Positions 12,678 through 27,000 of a stretch of 64,000 nt of DNA are shown here, in pieces; positions within the stretch are counted from its first letter, which is position 1, and every line of letters begins with the position of its first letter. The notes beneath the pieces are model-generated. The model had not been told where the DNA came from, ran no database searches, and saw nothing but the letters and a program-made list of their open reading frames with translations. The DNA comes from Eledone cirrhosa (Eukaryota), in NCBI GenBank assembly GCA_964016885.1, contig OZ024743.1, forward strand, positions 122,078,001-122,142,000, in the 5' to 3' direction. The position numbers were made by a program, and so were the translations under genes.

Positions 12678-14082
12678 AGAGTCTAAAGATACTCAGATGG
12701 AAATTGAGATTCACTGATACTCTTCTAGAAATCGAGAGTCTGCAATACTCAGTTAGCATCCTTTTATCCATGATATTTATCTAACAATCAGCAGTCTGCA
12801 ATAATCAGCTGACAATCTGCACCGCAGGACACTCAACAGCTAGCTAAACAAAAGTACATGACATATATCAAGTGATGAAGGTGCTACAATATTCAGGTGA
12901 CAATCAGGAGTCGGTGGTAATCAGCTGAAAAAACTCCTGTGACTATTGTAATTTCTGGGAGAATATTCAGTTATAGCTTAGGGCTAGAATTATAAACTGA
13001 AATTTTCTACTGACATTCATTGTTCCTCTGATTCTTATAGTGGCACAGTTAATAAACTATTTGTCTGTTTGAATCAGTTGGCAATTGTTTATAACATAAT
13101 TTTGTAGTTAAGATTACTTACCTTCACTATCACCTTAAACATGTAGCGAAATCTCAACATATTTTTCTCCACGATGGTTTTCTTAGCCTGCCACACACAA
13201 CCACCAAAACCTTAGAGCTAAAAAACTAAGAAGTGCATAGTGCCTGAGTGTCCCAAAAGGGGACAGTTGAAAATGCCATCTGTTTAATGTTAACAGGCAA
13301 CCTAAATCACATATATACAAGAAATTTCGACTTCCAAAGACACATTCTGCTTTTCAACTCAGCAAAATACAGTCTACCTCACAACTCTGAACTGATAGTT
13401 TATTTGGCCAATATAGCAATGTAGATACACACACACTCACTGGCCAGATCTGCTGGAATTGGCACTAGCTGAGCTTGCTACCAGGTTAGTATATATCACT
13501 ACTATGTATTCTACAATTTCACACACAACATTGTGCAATCTATACTTGCATCTTTTTCTGTTGTTCATTGCTGCACATGATTTTGAAGTAAATCATGTTA
13601 TAAATAAAAACATCTAAATTATTTGTATCTTGTTCATTTGTTAATTATCTTCCATGTGATTTTGGAAAACCATTTTCCCCACTGTAATAACACTTCACAC
13701 CAGAACAAAGAAGGACAACTACTTGTTTTCTCGAACATGGCAAAACTTCTCTCGATTCACTGAAATATATTTCATTTACTCACTTGCCATTACTTGACCA
13801 ACAAGCTATTCACTCATTCAACTACTTCGACAACTTCGTCTCACAAGTTACACTACCATCCAACAAATGAAATAAACAAACAATCATCTAAACCTCATAT
13901 ATATCTGTCTGCTTGTATATCTTATTCTAACTTTTTCTGAAATTATATTTATTATATAAATTGTGTTAATATGTACAAGATGCTTTTTATGAATTAAGTT
14001 TGACAATTCTATATTTTAAAATCACACACACCTTTCAGTAGTTTTCATCTATTTGTCTATGTCTATCTACCTATTTAATACT

Positions 14083-15590
14083 CTCACTTTACTGACAGCT
14101 TCTCTGTACATGGTTTGCACTGCTTCACAAGCCATTCTTCTACATCTAATTTGCTTAAGGACCACCAAATAATGGATCGAGGTACTCTGCCAAAGGCCTT
14201 TTCTAGATCAACAAAATCTAGATTTAGTGGCTTATTCTTGGCTAGGAACTTCTCTTGTAGTTGCCTCACTAAGAAGAGAGCATCTCTAGTACTAATTTGA
14301 CTCTTTCCTTAATTAGTTGCGTTATAACTCTTTCCGTCACTTTCGTAACTTGGTCAATTAGTTTTATTTCTCTATAGTTGCTCCTTTCTAGCGCATCAGC
14401 ATTGCCCTTGCAGAAATTTATGATTGTACTGCTGTGCCAGTCATTGGGTATGACTCCATCCTGATTAACTATGTGGGTTGCTATTTAGACTCCTACTTTT
14501 GATGTTTTAAGCATCTCAGCAACTATCTCAGATGGACCCACAGCTTTACCATTCTTTATCTCTTTGATTGCTTCTTTGACCCTATAACTGTAAACTTCAA
14601 TAGCTGGTCCTTCTCTTGGGTAGTCTCTCTCTTCATCCCATTTTTTCTCTACATTCATCAATCTCTCATACTAACATTTCCAGGCCTCTTTCTTTTGGGC
14701 ATCAATAGTGCTAAGTGCACCAGTGTCATTTCTAACACATTTTCCCCCAACAACATTTTGATTTATACTAACACACTGCCTTGCAATGCAAAACACTTCA
14801 TGTATCTTGTTCTCATGTTTCATGACATTGACAAACTTCCTTTTTTCAGCCTCTCTCTGAGCTGTATTGTCTAGTTTCTCTCCTAGCTACCTGGTACTGG
14901 TCTCTGCTACCTCCATTTTCCAGTTTTTCCATGCTTGTCTCTTGGTTTTTATAGCTCTATCCACTGTGCTGTTCTACCACCTGGTTACTCTCTATCTGAC
15001 TGGCACTTTATTCCAGCCACAAGTTTTCTCAGTAGTTTGCAAAAGGTTGTCATATAGGAATTTTTAGTTGTCCTCTATGTTATATGTCCTTAGCTTGCAC
15101 CTCTCTCATCTACGACATCTTGTAGGGCCTTTCTAAACCTATATTTAACGAAAAGGTCCTTTAGTTTTACACACCCTCCATCTCCATATTTTCCTGCATA
15201 TCTTGCTCTGTCTTGTGTTTATTTTGATGTCTCTAATAACTAACTTGTGCTGGGCAGTGCATCCCCAGGGAAGGCCTTAGTGTTTATTATAGTCTATTTA
15301 TCTCATCTTACGAGTAAGTAATCAATTTGGCTTGTGAGATAAGATGGCTGGCTGGTTTCCTGAAATTAATGTCACAGAATTCCGGGAGCCTCAATCCCTC
15401 TTCATTTCTTGAGTCATAACCATAGCTGCTGTGAACTCCATGAAATCCATCCTGGTATTGCCCCACATGTCCATTGAAGTCACCTGCCAGGATGATAAGG
15501 TCTCTTTCATCAGTAACTGAGGTGGCCTGTAAAAGTTCCTCATAGAACCTGTCCTTTTGGTCTTTACTTAGTCTTGCCAGTGGAGCATAG

Positions 15591-15595
<5 letters not shown>
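14083..15595 (-). pseudogene. Degraded RTE LINE fragment (APE endonuclease end plus N-terminal RT)
   Basis: YAP...FYEELL...AGDFNGHVG and RQLQEKFLAKNKPL..FVDLEKAF.RVPR, homologous to 49105-50361. Many stops and indels. Confidence 0.85.
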
Positions 15596-15666
<71 letters not shown>

Positions 15667-15923
15667 TATGCATCTCTGTCTATAACATTATGGTGTCATT
15701 TTTAATTTTAAATGCAAACATATCCTCTGACTACTGACTGTTGGGCGAGACTTATAATGAGACTTTTACTTATAAATAACTGATTTTGCTAAGTTCCAAT
15801 AAGCTGACAAAACGTTCGTAAATCAATATTTAATGTAAAAATGTATTAGGTATTTACTTTAATGAATAATTTGCTTCATGCGTAATTATTATTTTTAACA
15901 CAATAGGATTTTGTACACATGCT

Positions 15924-16167
15924 TATTTGAAAACAATATTTCATAGTAGTATGAAGTACTTTTATACTGTTTATTTGAAAAAAATATTTCATAGTAGTAT
16001 GAAGTACTTTTATACTGTTTATTTGAAAACAATATTTCATAGTAGTATGAAGTACTTTTATACTGTTTATTTGAAAAAAATATTTCATAGTAGTATGAAG
16101 TACTTTTATACTGTTTATTTGAAAAAAATATTTCATAGTAGTATGAAGTACTTTTATACTGTTTATT
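15924..16167. repeat. 48-bp minisatellite, about 5 copies
   Basis: Unit TATTTGAAAA(C/A)AATATTTCATAGTAGTATGAAGTACTTTTATACTGTT. 16-aa periodicity in the ORF track. Confidence 0.95.
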
Positions 16168-16250
16168 ACAATAAATGACTGTATTTTGAGCTGTTTTCAC
16201 TTCACCTATGTTTCCAATTTTTTATATTGTTTTTGTAAAAAACCGATATC

Positions 16251-16310
<60 letters not shown>

Positions 16311-17469
16311 ATCTATATCTATTTGCCTATCCATCAATATATCTCTCTTTGAATATAAAAGGAGACAAATGCGCTAACTGTAAGATAGTGAGTTCATGTT
16401 AGTATATATATATATTGATCTATATCTACTTGTCCATCCATCAATACATCTCTCTTTGTATATGTAAGTAGACAAATATACTAACTGTAAGACTGAGTTC
16501 ATGCATAGATATATACATATACATACACACATGTATACATACATACATTCATACATAGATACATTCATACATACATATAACACACACACATTTGTGTCTG
16601 TGTTTATGTCACGTAACATTGCTGCAAAGTATCATGGTGTACTGGAGCTATTCCAGATTTTATAGTATTCAGTGGTTGAAGGGCAGACAAAAATACCAGT
16701 CTTAATACATTTTTTTAGAAAAAAATAATTTAACTTTTAAGGTCCAGTACCACATGGAACTGCAAGACATTCTTGAAAATTTCAAATCTGCACTATAGCT
16801 GCATCACATTGAAAATTAAAATCTTCCCTATAATATTGCAAATTTTCATAACAATTTGTCCACTAATAAAGATATAAACATTTGAAATCATTAGCTAAAT
16901 CATTATAGGAGTTAAGCTGAACATTACAACTAACAAAACTTCAATTATATAATACTTCTGCTGCTTAAAGCAGTAAAATATAGTTTTCCTATGGTACACA
17001 TTTACAAAACGTTAGACTTGGTAACTATGTGTTAAGTGTGCTTTGGACAATGATGTGTCAGAGACAGCATACAAGTAAATCAAATAACCAATCCTTCAGT
17101 TGCTAAAACCAACACTTTATGACTCAGTCAGCATCGACAAAACGTAAAATAAATATCTGTTATGAAATATGACAAAGTGCAAAAACATGTATTTCCTTTT
17201 TCTTTTACAATGTTTTAACTCTTAAGATCATGTAATGGTTTAGTATAAAATGTCAAAAACAGGTTTCTTAATTCAAATCTTTATAGTGGATAGACTGCCA
17301 TGAACATTTACAGCATTAGTATTAGTAAAAAGTAACTTTTTATGTGATACAGACATAGTCCTGTTTTGGACTTTTCAAGAATGTCTTGCCAATGTTGTTT
17401 CATCCAGTACTGGACATTAAGAGTTAAAGCAAAATTGAATTACTCTGAAAAGTTTATAGGTATATGCAT

Positions 17470-17613
17470 ATTGGTGTTAGGATGGGCATCCATCTGTAGA
17501 AATCAAGCCAAAATCAGTTTCCATATGAGCAAGACATGGTCACAACCTGGCATTGCCCACAACAGAACAACCCGTCTAATCCATGCTAGCATGGAAGAAT
17601 GGACGTAAAACAG

Positions 17614-17646
<33 letters not shown>

Positions 17647-17650
17647 CGAT
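17470..17650 (+). mobile_element. Old RTE/SINE 3' tail with (GAT)n
   Basis: TTGGTGTTAGGATGGGCATCC...CCATGCTAGCATGGAA...GGACGT...(GAT)n, similar to 181-335. Confidence 0.7.
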
Positions 17651-17827
17651 ATGAAGTTACAATTAAACAAGTAAGGACAATGATGAAATAAGAAGTCCTT
17701 AAAAAGAAAATATTTTTCAGTAATATGATCTAACAATAAAAATTTCTAGATCACTTATTAAAATTAGAATTTTCATAGAGCAGACTGCTTGATCTTTGTA
17801 TTTATTACTATTATAAGTATAGTATAA

Positions 17828-18797
17828 TTAGTCGAGGTACCCGGCTTTGCCTGGGAGAACAGTTAAGAGAAGACGGATAAAAGAGAAAATGACTGTATTG
17901 GATGTGTTGCCTAGTTTATAGTATGAGGCGAGACCACAATGTGTGTATGTGTGTTTGAGAGAGAGAGAGAGAGAGAGAGACATAAAAAACAAACAATCAT
18001 AAAACTTCATTATTAGGCTAAACTGCCATTAAATGGTAGTATTGGTCTTGGATTTTAAATGTGAAGTAACCATAGTCAATATGATCTTTTTCAGCTCCAA
18101 AGGACGTCATCTGAAATGCAGCAATATACCGCATAACATTGCTTCTGATGTGTTTAGCTTCATAGTACGGTCTGTAAGTAATATATGGATAAAAGCTGGA
18201 AGGTCCTCTATCAGTGGAAGTCTGACCTTTCCTCCTAAGCAGCACATGTCAAGTGTAATATTCATGCTACCAATTGTGACTTTAGGATCATTTCTATAAT
18301 TCTTTGATGGATCATATGAAAAGGCAGCTCTTATCCAGTTTATTCTGCCTTGAAGAGTCGTTTGTGCTTGTCGAGTTTGCATTGCAACTGTCATTGTCTT
18401 TGGTGATTTTCAAATTGAACCTCTGTTTATTGCGACAGTCTTTCTTCTTGCCTTAATCTTTCTGTTCCCTATCTCAGATTCTGTACACTTTCAGAAAGTT
18501 GCGATCGTCTTTCTTGTTGTTTTAACCTTTCTGTTTCCCGTCTCATATTCTGAATTAGGTCAATAATAACATAACATTATCCTCAAAGAGCTAAATTAAT
18601 AAACACCGTAGATTAATTTCAAATAGTATCAATTTTTTCTGTGTTCTGTAAAATCAAAGACTGGTGTAAAACGACTTTATAGAAAAAATAAAATTAGAAT
18701 TTTATTTCTCGCCCTAGCACAGCTGATACATAAATGTAAGTATGCACATGTACACACACACACACACACACATACATATATACACACACACACATAC

Positions 18798-18854
<57 letters not shown>

Positions 18855-19459
18855 CATACACATATGTGCACTTTAAAAAAGCTAACGCAATATTTTAAAC
18901 ATTTAACTGATACTTTGATCTATAGTTTAAGCCGATTCTAGACGTTTGTGGGTCGTCACTCTCTCTCTCTACCTCTCTGTCTCTCTCTCTTTAGATGTGT
19001 GTGTGTTCGTTATGTCAGTCGTCACAGAAATATATGTATACTCACACACACATACACATGCACACATATACTTGTCAGTCATCACATATGTATATGTATG
19101 TGTAGATGTGCGTGTGTTTAATTCTTTGTGTGTGAAGATAATGTGTATTCTGCTTACTAAGTCATAACGTACGTAATGAATGCGCAAACACACATACACT
19201 CACAGGCACATACACACTCATATACAAAATGTGATGTTGTCGTCATCGTGTTGTAAAATGTTGTTTACTATAGTTGACTACAGAAAGATTATTTTAGATA
19301 AAATGTTATATTGTTTTAATCCAAATGAAAATAAAAATTACATGTTGTTAATCTAATACTATTACCTTGTAAAACTTGATTTGATTTGGTTGAGTCGTTT
19401 GAGAATGCATAAAGAAACAGACAGACAGAGAGACAAAGAATTTTATATATAGAGAGAGA
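17828..19459 (-). mobile_element. Internally deleted Helitron with RepHel N-terminal remnant
   Basis: 5' A|TC start (TCTCTCTCTATATATAAAA). 3' hairpin CCCAGGCAAAGCCGGG then CTAA|T (CTAG-like). Peptides CCLGGKVRLP and YIAAFQMTSFGA...TFKIQDQYYH match Helitron RepHel motifs. Confidence 0.8.
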
Positions 19460-20604
19460 TTAACAATAAAAAATCAATACATGTTAAGTCTGCCATTCAT
19501 CACTACTCACAATCAATCCAATGGACATATTTTTGTTTGAAATGATTCTATATGAGCTTCATTTCAATCATCATATTCAGAACACCCAAGTACAAAAGAA
19601 TGACTATTGGCATTGACCATCTAAAGTAGGCCCACATTGATTTCAAAGCTACATCTACCTTACTGCCTAAACAAACTGACCCCAAAACATCAGTATTTCC
19701 TTCCACTGACAACAGCTGGGTCCAATCAGTGATTACATTAGCCATCTTAGTATGTCCAATATTGTGATGAGGGTGCAAGATTCTGCTTAAGACTACCCTT
19801 ATATCCTTATTTCATTTGTCGTTTTACAGTTAACTGTCTGGATAGAGAGTAAATATAATATGCTTCTCCTGGGATGCAAACACTTAACTTTTGATGCAAA
19901 CACTTAACTTTTGATCCACTCATGATTTTTTAGTATGAGTTTTATCTTACGATATTGTACTTGTTAATCAGGATAAAAATCATTACTTTGATGAGGATTC
20001 AGCTCATCTTAACCTAAAATTTTGAACTCATTAAAAACAAATCTATCTTTTACTTTCCTAGCTGTTAAACTTGAGTTAAAACAGAATCAATGAGAATGTG
20101 ATTTTGACTCCAGTAGTCACTGTGCCTACACTCAGAAACTTCAAGTTGTTAATCTTTCCAGTATCAGCTAGCATGTCAATCTCCCAAATGTCTTTGATCA
20201 CAGATTATCAAGTGTATCTGTCAGCTGAGAAATTTCTTTGCTTGCTAAATGTTGACTCAGCTGCAATATCAAAAAACCTGCATTTTTCTCAAACAAAAAC
20301 AACATACTATGCTTACACCAATGCAACAAACTTCAACTTTTGACATTTACTTCTGTGAACTCACCTGTTAACTTGATCAGTTGCAATGATTTCCATTATT
20401 ATTTTTGAAGCCTATATAAATACTATTATGCTGCACTACTTTGTTATGTTTTAATGTATGTTAGCCTAAAGTTAACTGCTTCAACACAGGTTTTTGGCTA
20501 TGAAAAATAGTCTAACAAGTTGTGCATATCAGCTCCTAGAAATGGAAAAAGCAGGGGCGTATATACCCAACTTGTTAGACTATATTTAATAGTCAACAAC
20601 CTGC

Positions 20605-20900
20605 AACAATGCTCCTAAAATTACAATTGTTTAATGTGTTGTGTTTATTCTTTATATGTTTTCCCAACCTTCATTTAACACACATTGGCCTCAATTCAGG
20701 ACACACACAAGCTTCACTTCAAACTCAACACTTTTATCTAGATAAAAAAATATTGATATTAAAAGTGTTTTTCAATTGACTGTAAATTTAACAATGCATA
20801 GGTTCAATCATCCTGAAAGTGAATATTCTCAAATAAGAATATCTTGAGGGTAGCCTGAAGATGATGTATTCTAAAATTATCGAAAACAATATGTATGCAT
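20605..20900 (+). mobile_element. Old dispersed repeat, probably Penelope-like terminal repeat; inverted homolog at 23790-24057
   Basis: 20605-20790 aligns by eye to the reverse complement of 23885-24057. Carries CTGAAGA...GAAA hammerhead-like remnant at about 20855-20897. Confidence 0.5.
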
Positions 20901-21144
20901 GGACCTGTAATGTCTGTTGGAGTTGTAGGGACATCATAGTGAAATACAGCATGTCTTGGGCATTTTAAAACCTGGTAGAGCCAATCCACTTTCCAGGTTT
21001 GAACATGGTTGATTTCTTCCAGAGAAGAAGAGAGTGATAGAAAGGAAATGAGAAAGAAATATATAAAATACCAATAAAAGTACCAATCCAGCACTGCACC
21101 AAATTCTTTTTATCAACCTTATTATAGAGAAACTGACATATGGT

Positions 21145-21265
21145 ATCATCATCATCATCATCATCAACGTTTAACGTCCGTGTTCCACGCTTGCATGGGT
21201 TTGGACGGGGGTAGTCCCACTTGAGGCAAGAGTGATTGTCTTGCTCGCATAGGACTGTCTGGCAG
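21145..21265 (-). mobile_element. 5'-truncated 3' tail of the young RTE family
   Basis: Identical by eye to 47868-47988 region. Abuts a short (TA)n. Confidence 0.9.
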
Positions 21266-21549
21266 TATATATATATATATATATTAACTTATGAAAAGAG
21301 TACAGAAATCACACAGAAATGTTATTTTTAATTTGTCATTATACAATTTCATTAAATAATATAGAATTATAAGAGAAAATTAAGACAGGTTGAAAATTTG
21401 GCATTGGCAAATAGGGACATCCATTTTGGAGTCTTCTTCAAAATAGTTATATTTTTATCAACAATTCAACTAGTTTAATATAATATGTTGTACATTGAAC
21501 TTAATGATACAGACTACAATACAGACTAAAATAACACATAAATCTCAAA

Positions 21550-23170
21550 TTCCTAAATATTCAAAAGAAGAAAGCACTTTTGCAATCTTCAAAAAATTCC
21601 AGTATAACTACTTCATCCAAAAAACAGACTTAAGGTTCACAATCTCCAGCCTCGACACTGCAATATATGCATTCAATAAAATAATTATAGATACTCCTCC
21701 CTCCACCAAACTTATCCTACAAGGCAACATAAAAAATGCAATCCTGATTACACAACTGAAATAGCCATCCTGAGACAAGCTGAAATATCACACAACAGAA
21801 ATAAAACTCTGAATTAAGCAAATAAATAAGGAAATAACAAAACAAAAACAAAAAAAAAAGCAAAAGACTGACAACTATTGTTTTCAACATAAACTCCCAA
21901 CATGATCAGTAAAACACTAGGCATAGTAATTAACAACTCTAACAATAGCAACATCACACCACATATCACAATAACAACCAACAGTAACATACCCACTCTC
22001 AAACAGCAAGTAAATTCACTGAAACACTCTTCCAAAATCAGCCAGTAAAGACAGCAAACAAGATATTTACTTTCCCCTTAGTGAACAATCTCACCTCTTC
22101 CTTTCATGGATACTGGAAAAGCTATAGAGAAATTAAAATACTAAAAAACATTGGGATGACAAAATTATCAACATACTATCCATGTCAACACTGCTTAATT
22201 CCCAGAATCTAGAAACTTGGAGAAAACTCATCACAATTTCAAAGTCTAACAAAAGCCCAACCGAAACAAGGCTGCAAATTCCATCCTCCTCAAGTGCACT
22301 CTTTTCTTTTTCCAAATGAAAACATAAATTCGAATCATGATACTCAGCCATCATACTACACAAAAGTCTTAAACATGATTGCTTCTATCATTTTAACATC
22401 TCACTACGATCGACGTCGGCCAAGCTTTCAACCTTCCTGGACTTCAACCCCTGAGCTGCAGGATGGAGATGCCTGTGAGGAGCCCCTCACACTCGATGGC
22501 TGGATACTCTCATCAAGGACCTTCAAGCCTATAGAGTTCAAATGCCACAAGCACAACGACTTTCCAATGATCGAGGAGGATGGAGGGCACCAGTGAACAT
22601 GGTTAGCTCAACGTGTTGGCTTGCAGTACACAAGTAAAAAGAAGAATAGCCCACTCATACACTAAATATTTAATATCTCATTAAGAAAAAAAACACAAAA
22701 TGCAGGCTGGCAAACTATCTTTTAGACAATTAAACATATGTGGTATACAACAATTCCCAATTTGCTGAATGGATTACCTCAAGAATTTATGTTCTACTCA
22801 TCTATGCCTGCACAACCTTTTTGCACATACATAAAATATACCCATAGCCTTATATACAGTTGGCATCATTCTAAACTGTACAACAATCATAGCACATGTA
22901 GAAGACATTCTAAAGAAGGCAAAACAATGCATAAACATATTTCAGTACCACATTTGGCTAAGAGAAGGAAACAACTTACACATATATACAAACAATACAT
23001 TAGATCCATTGTGGATTAGTATGAGTGCTGCCTGGGTCACCAATCTCTCCACACTACAACAAACTACAAAGACCAGAAGACAATGCACATTTGTTGCTAC
23101 ATGTACAATTGCATCCAAATAAACTGAGACATCTTCAATACCCAAGAACAGTATTACAACAAAACCTTAA
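21550..23170 (+). pseudogene. Highly degraded A-rich LINE remnant (clade not assignable)
   Basis: A/C-rich strand bias and residual peptide such as HIYKQYIRSIVD..SAAW resembling post-RT LINE sequence. No intact ORF. Confidence 0.35.
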
Positions 23171-24664
23171 AAACATATGCACATAAAAATAGCAACATTA
23201 ATAGCCTCCTTAGCTTACCTGGGGCTAAACAGCAGTAGAAATAGATCAGCTAAGACAGCCAAGAGATTACAGGTCCAGAATGTCATACTGCAACTCATAC
23301 AATTAATTACTACATGTCAAAATGTGAAGTAAGGTCCTCAGGCATAGTATATCTGGAACAATAGATATGTGAATCACACATAGCATGTCTAGTGCTGACT
23401 TGGTGCTACAAAATAACAATATCCAACTAGAAGTAAAAGAAAACCAAACATATTTAATATAGTGAAATCACTACTTTCATCTGTAGATTCTTCAAATATT
23501 ATACCTTCAACTTTTGTTTCATAATAGAAGGATTTCTCGCATTCATATTGTCTAAAATTAACATATATCCATATGTAAATCATCCCCAGTCTAGCAGTTA
23601 AGCCAGTTTTCATGGCACAATTTATCAGGTGGTGGTATTAGATTATTCCCAGGTAGTGTTTCATTAGAAAGTAAGAAAATGTATCAGAATATTCAGAATA
23701 TTCTGGAAATGCTTTTTACCAACTCATTTTTTTTTTATTGGTTTGATCTGGAGGAAGGAACTGTGTTCATAGCCTATAGAAGCCTTCTAAGACTAGTGAA
23801 ATCAACACAATATTCTTTTGGTACAGTTGTATTTATTCATCTTCAAATCTTCGGATTTGGCTGTATTGGTTAAATTAATTAAAATTTGATGATTTATTTT
23901 TGAAACACCTGTCTTTATCACATCTCAGATAAAAGTATTGAGATTGAAGTGAAGCATGCGTGTGTCCTGAATTAAGGCAAGTGTATGTTAAATGAAGGTT
24001 GGGAAAAATATATCAAGAATAAACACAGTACATTAAACAATTATTTTAGGAGCATTGAGCAAATTATGAATTTTGAATGTATGTTAGCTTTATCACAACC
24101 TTCATCTATATTATAAGCTCATCATCTACGATATTATGCATGCTTATACTTTACAAACAAGTAAAATAAAGTTGAACATAGAATATCTATATATTTTATG
24201 CATCACCGGCATAAATTAATTGCAGCAAATAAAGATTCCTTGTTTGAATCCATTCCAGTATTATGCACATATCCAAGTATAAGACATCTGATGATGATTA
24301 GAGATCAAACCAATTGAAACATAGTGTAGATGTAAATATTGAAAGAATCTTTCATCTCTAAAGATGAGATTGATATTCTGAAGAATTATCATCATCATCA
24401 TTTAACATCCATTTTCCCTGCTAGCAAGGGTTGGATGGATATTTACACACTAGGTCTCATGGGCTCCAAGTAGGTACTGACTTGGTCAATAAAATTCTCC
24501 ATTTAACACTTTTGATACTATCCTATTCAAGACCAGCCCTAGTTTTGTTAGAACATCTCCCATTTTAAAATGTTCATATCTAAATTAAAACTGTTCATCA
24601 TGATTTCATGTAAGAATATTTTGTTTTGTTTCAGACACTAGACACCAGTTTAATAATGAAAAAC

Positions 24665-25060
24665 TTCTTTTCTTTGCCCACTTATTCCTGAGAGGGTTGT
24701 GGGAGCAGAGTCCTCAAACACTCCCTCTAGCAGGTCCTGTCAGAAGCAACCGTCTCCAACTGATCTGGCTGGATACTCAAGTGAGACCAGCAAAGCTCAT
24801 GGATGTTATCCAACCATCTTTCTCAGGGTCTGCCCCTGGGTCTCCTGCCGGTTGGTTTCACCTGTAAAATCTGTCCAGCGATTCTTTCTCTGATATATTC
24901 TAGCCACATGCCCATAGTATTGGAGCTGTGATCTCTCTATTTGGAGAAGTAGTGGCTCTACCTGGAGTGACTCTCTGATCTCCGAGCTATGCACTTTATT
25001 GAGTAATGTTACTCCAAAGACCCTTCAGAGGAACCCCACTTCGGCCGCTTGTATTCACAA
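24665..25060 (-). mobile_element. RTE LINE 3' fragment, same family as 8650-9340
   Basis: EIRESLQVEPLLLQIERSQLQYYGHV. Nucleotide similarity to 8960-9340. Confidence 0.8.
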
Positions 25061-25863
25061 TTGTAAAACTTATATTACTAAATCTTTCCAAGTCCTTGAT
25101 TACTTTAAAAATATATTTATTTCTATGGAAATATGGTAATGAATGGGTTAAACCAGTGAGAACTATTGCACTAAAAATCTTTCAATTGAATTGGTAGGCG
25201 GGAATAAGTACATAGTAACGACTATTTGAAATCGAAGTATGACATTTATACCCAACTCTACAGGTTTCAAACACAAAGAAATAAGTAAAAATACTAGATC
25301 AATGAGAGAGAAGGGGAGCAGAGAGAGAGAGAGTGATGGGGGGGGGGCAGAGAGAGCGAGAGAGAGAGAGAGGCTAGACACATATTTTATAATCAGCTTT
25401 ATGCTTGCATAAACATGTAAGCATATGAAAGACAGCAGAACTTCACATGTCTTGGTCCTGCAATATCTGCAATATACATACATATGTGTGCTTAGGTGCA
25501 CTTACTATCTCTCTCTCACACACACACACACGCACACACAATTTATTTATAAAAGTTGCAGTGGGAAGATTTTTATTAAAATAAAGCTAAAGTTTAGCAG
25601 CAGCTTTGCATGCTATTACATTATATCAACACTAAAAAATTAAAATATGCACATGACATAAAAATAAAAATAAAAATGACAAAATGTACCTGGTGCACTC
25701 TGTTCATAATAAAATACAGTTGGTGCAATCTGAAGAGTGTGGAAAAAGTGAGATGCATCTGAGTGGCCAGGGGTTCTGATTAAGTATTGACTTTGTCTGT
25801 GACAACCTATCTAACCCTTGCTAGCAGCAAGAACAGTTATTAATGATGATGATAACTACTAGG

Positions 25864-26128
25864 TGGAGGCATGTAGCCTAGTGGTAAGGGTGTTGGATTT
25901 ACGACCATAATGTTGTGGGTTTGATAACTGGGTTGCGTGTTGTGCAAAACACTTCATTTTATGTTGCTCCAGTGTACACAGCTGAAAATGAGTACCAGCA
26001 ATAGCTGGGAGTTTAACCCTAGATGGACTGGTGTCCTGTCCGGGGGAAGTTTTGTACTCTCAGTCACTTCACACCATGAAACCAGGATAAGCACCGGCAA
26101 AATGAGCCTTCTGGCTTAAGACAGATTT
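25864..26128 (+). mobile_element. tRNA-derived SINE, same family as 2644-2870
   Basis: Shared head GGAGGCATGTAGCCTAGTGGTAAGGGTG and tail CCATGAAACCAGGATAAGCACCGG...CCTTCTGGCTTAAGACAGA. Confidence 0.75.
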
Positions 26129-26789
26129 TAGATGACCACTAGATTATTATATTTCAGTTACATTTCTGTTAGTTTCACAGAAATATTTAAGATTAAATAT
26201 TGCTGTGAATAATACAAAAAAAAAAAAGTATCAATTTTTCATTTTACTAGACACTCAAACCGTCTATTTTTTTTTATTCAAAATTTTTCGTCTTTCAAGT
26301 AATCTCTTAACCGTCCAATGAGTTCACTCCTATAACATGTGATGATGACACATAGCATTTATGAGCAAATGGCATAATACATTTAAGTTATTATTTACTG
26401 TTGACATTTTAAAATACAAAACATTGGTATGCAGTCATGTCTTTCAAGCATGCTATTACAAAATGTTGCTCCTTATATAAGTCATTAACTGTAAAAGTTG
26501 TTCGTTTTATGCTAATTATTTTCTCTGTGTCTAGCCATACTTACAGCTAGTTTTATTCCTGATAATATATTTTGGCACATTATGTACACTAAAATAGTAT
26601 GTTAGAATAAATAGCTAGCTTTTTAAAAAAAAAATATCTAACTGTAATTCTAATATACTCTATATTGGCTAGGTGCTACTATTTCCCAGTAGAACTCAGC
26701 CATTTTCTAATAGGTTTGTCACTAAACCTATAGCAGTGGAAACTTCTAATATTCTCTCCAAACCACCTCTCTACTCACTGCTACTAAGC

Positions 26790-27000
26790 ATATAGTTGGC
26801 CATCCCCCACAACAATGAGCCCTACAAGTTGGAGTGGCTCTTTCAGCGTGTCTCCCTTGCTATCCTCTGGAGTAACACTTTCTCTATTCTATCTACTGTG
26901 TCCATGAGGCATATGCTTGGGGTTCTGCATGCCAGAGAAGCTAAGTGGACAAACAAGTTGCGGTGGATGGGGGCATAACAACCTTTCATCGACTGGTTCA
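26790..27000 (+). mobile_element. Possible 3' remnant of a CRE-like RLE non-LTR element
   Basis: WLFQRVSLAILWSNTFSIL resembles the C-terminal LxQRxSxAIxRGNAxxI motif of CRE-type elements. Short match only. Confidence 0.4.

Noticed and set aside
15876-16200. Repetitive ORFs / possible CRISPR array
   Set aside because: Contiguous 48-bp units with no unique spacers, no cas genes, and a eukaryotic context.
19873-19915. 20-bp direct tandem duplication
   Set aside because: Ordinary local slippage duplication.
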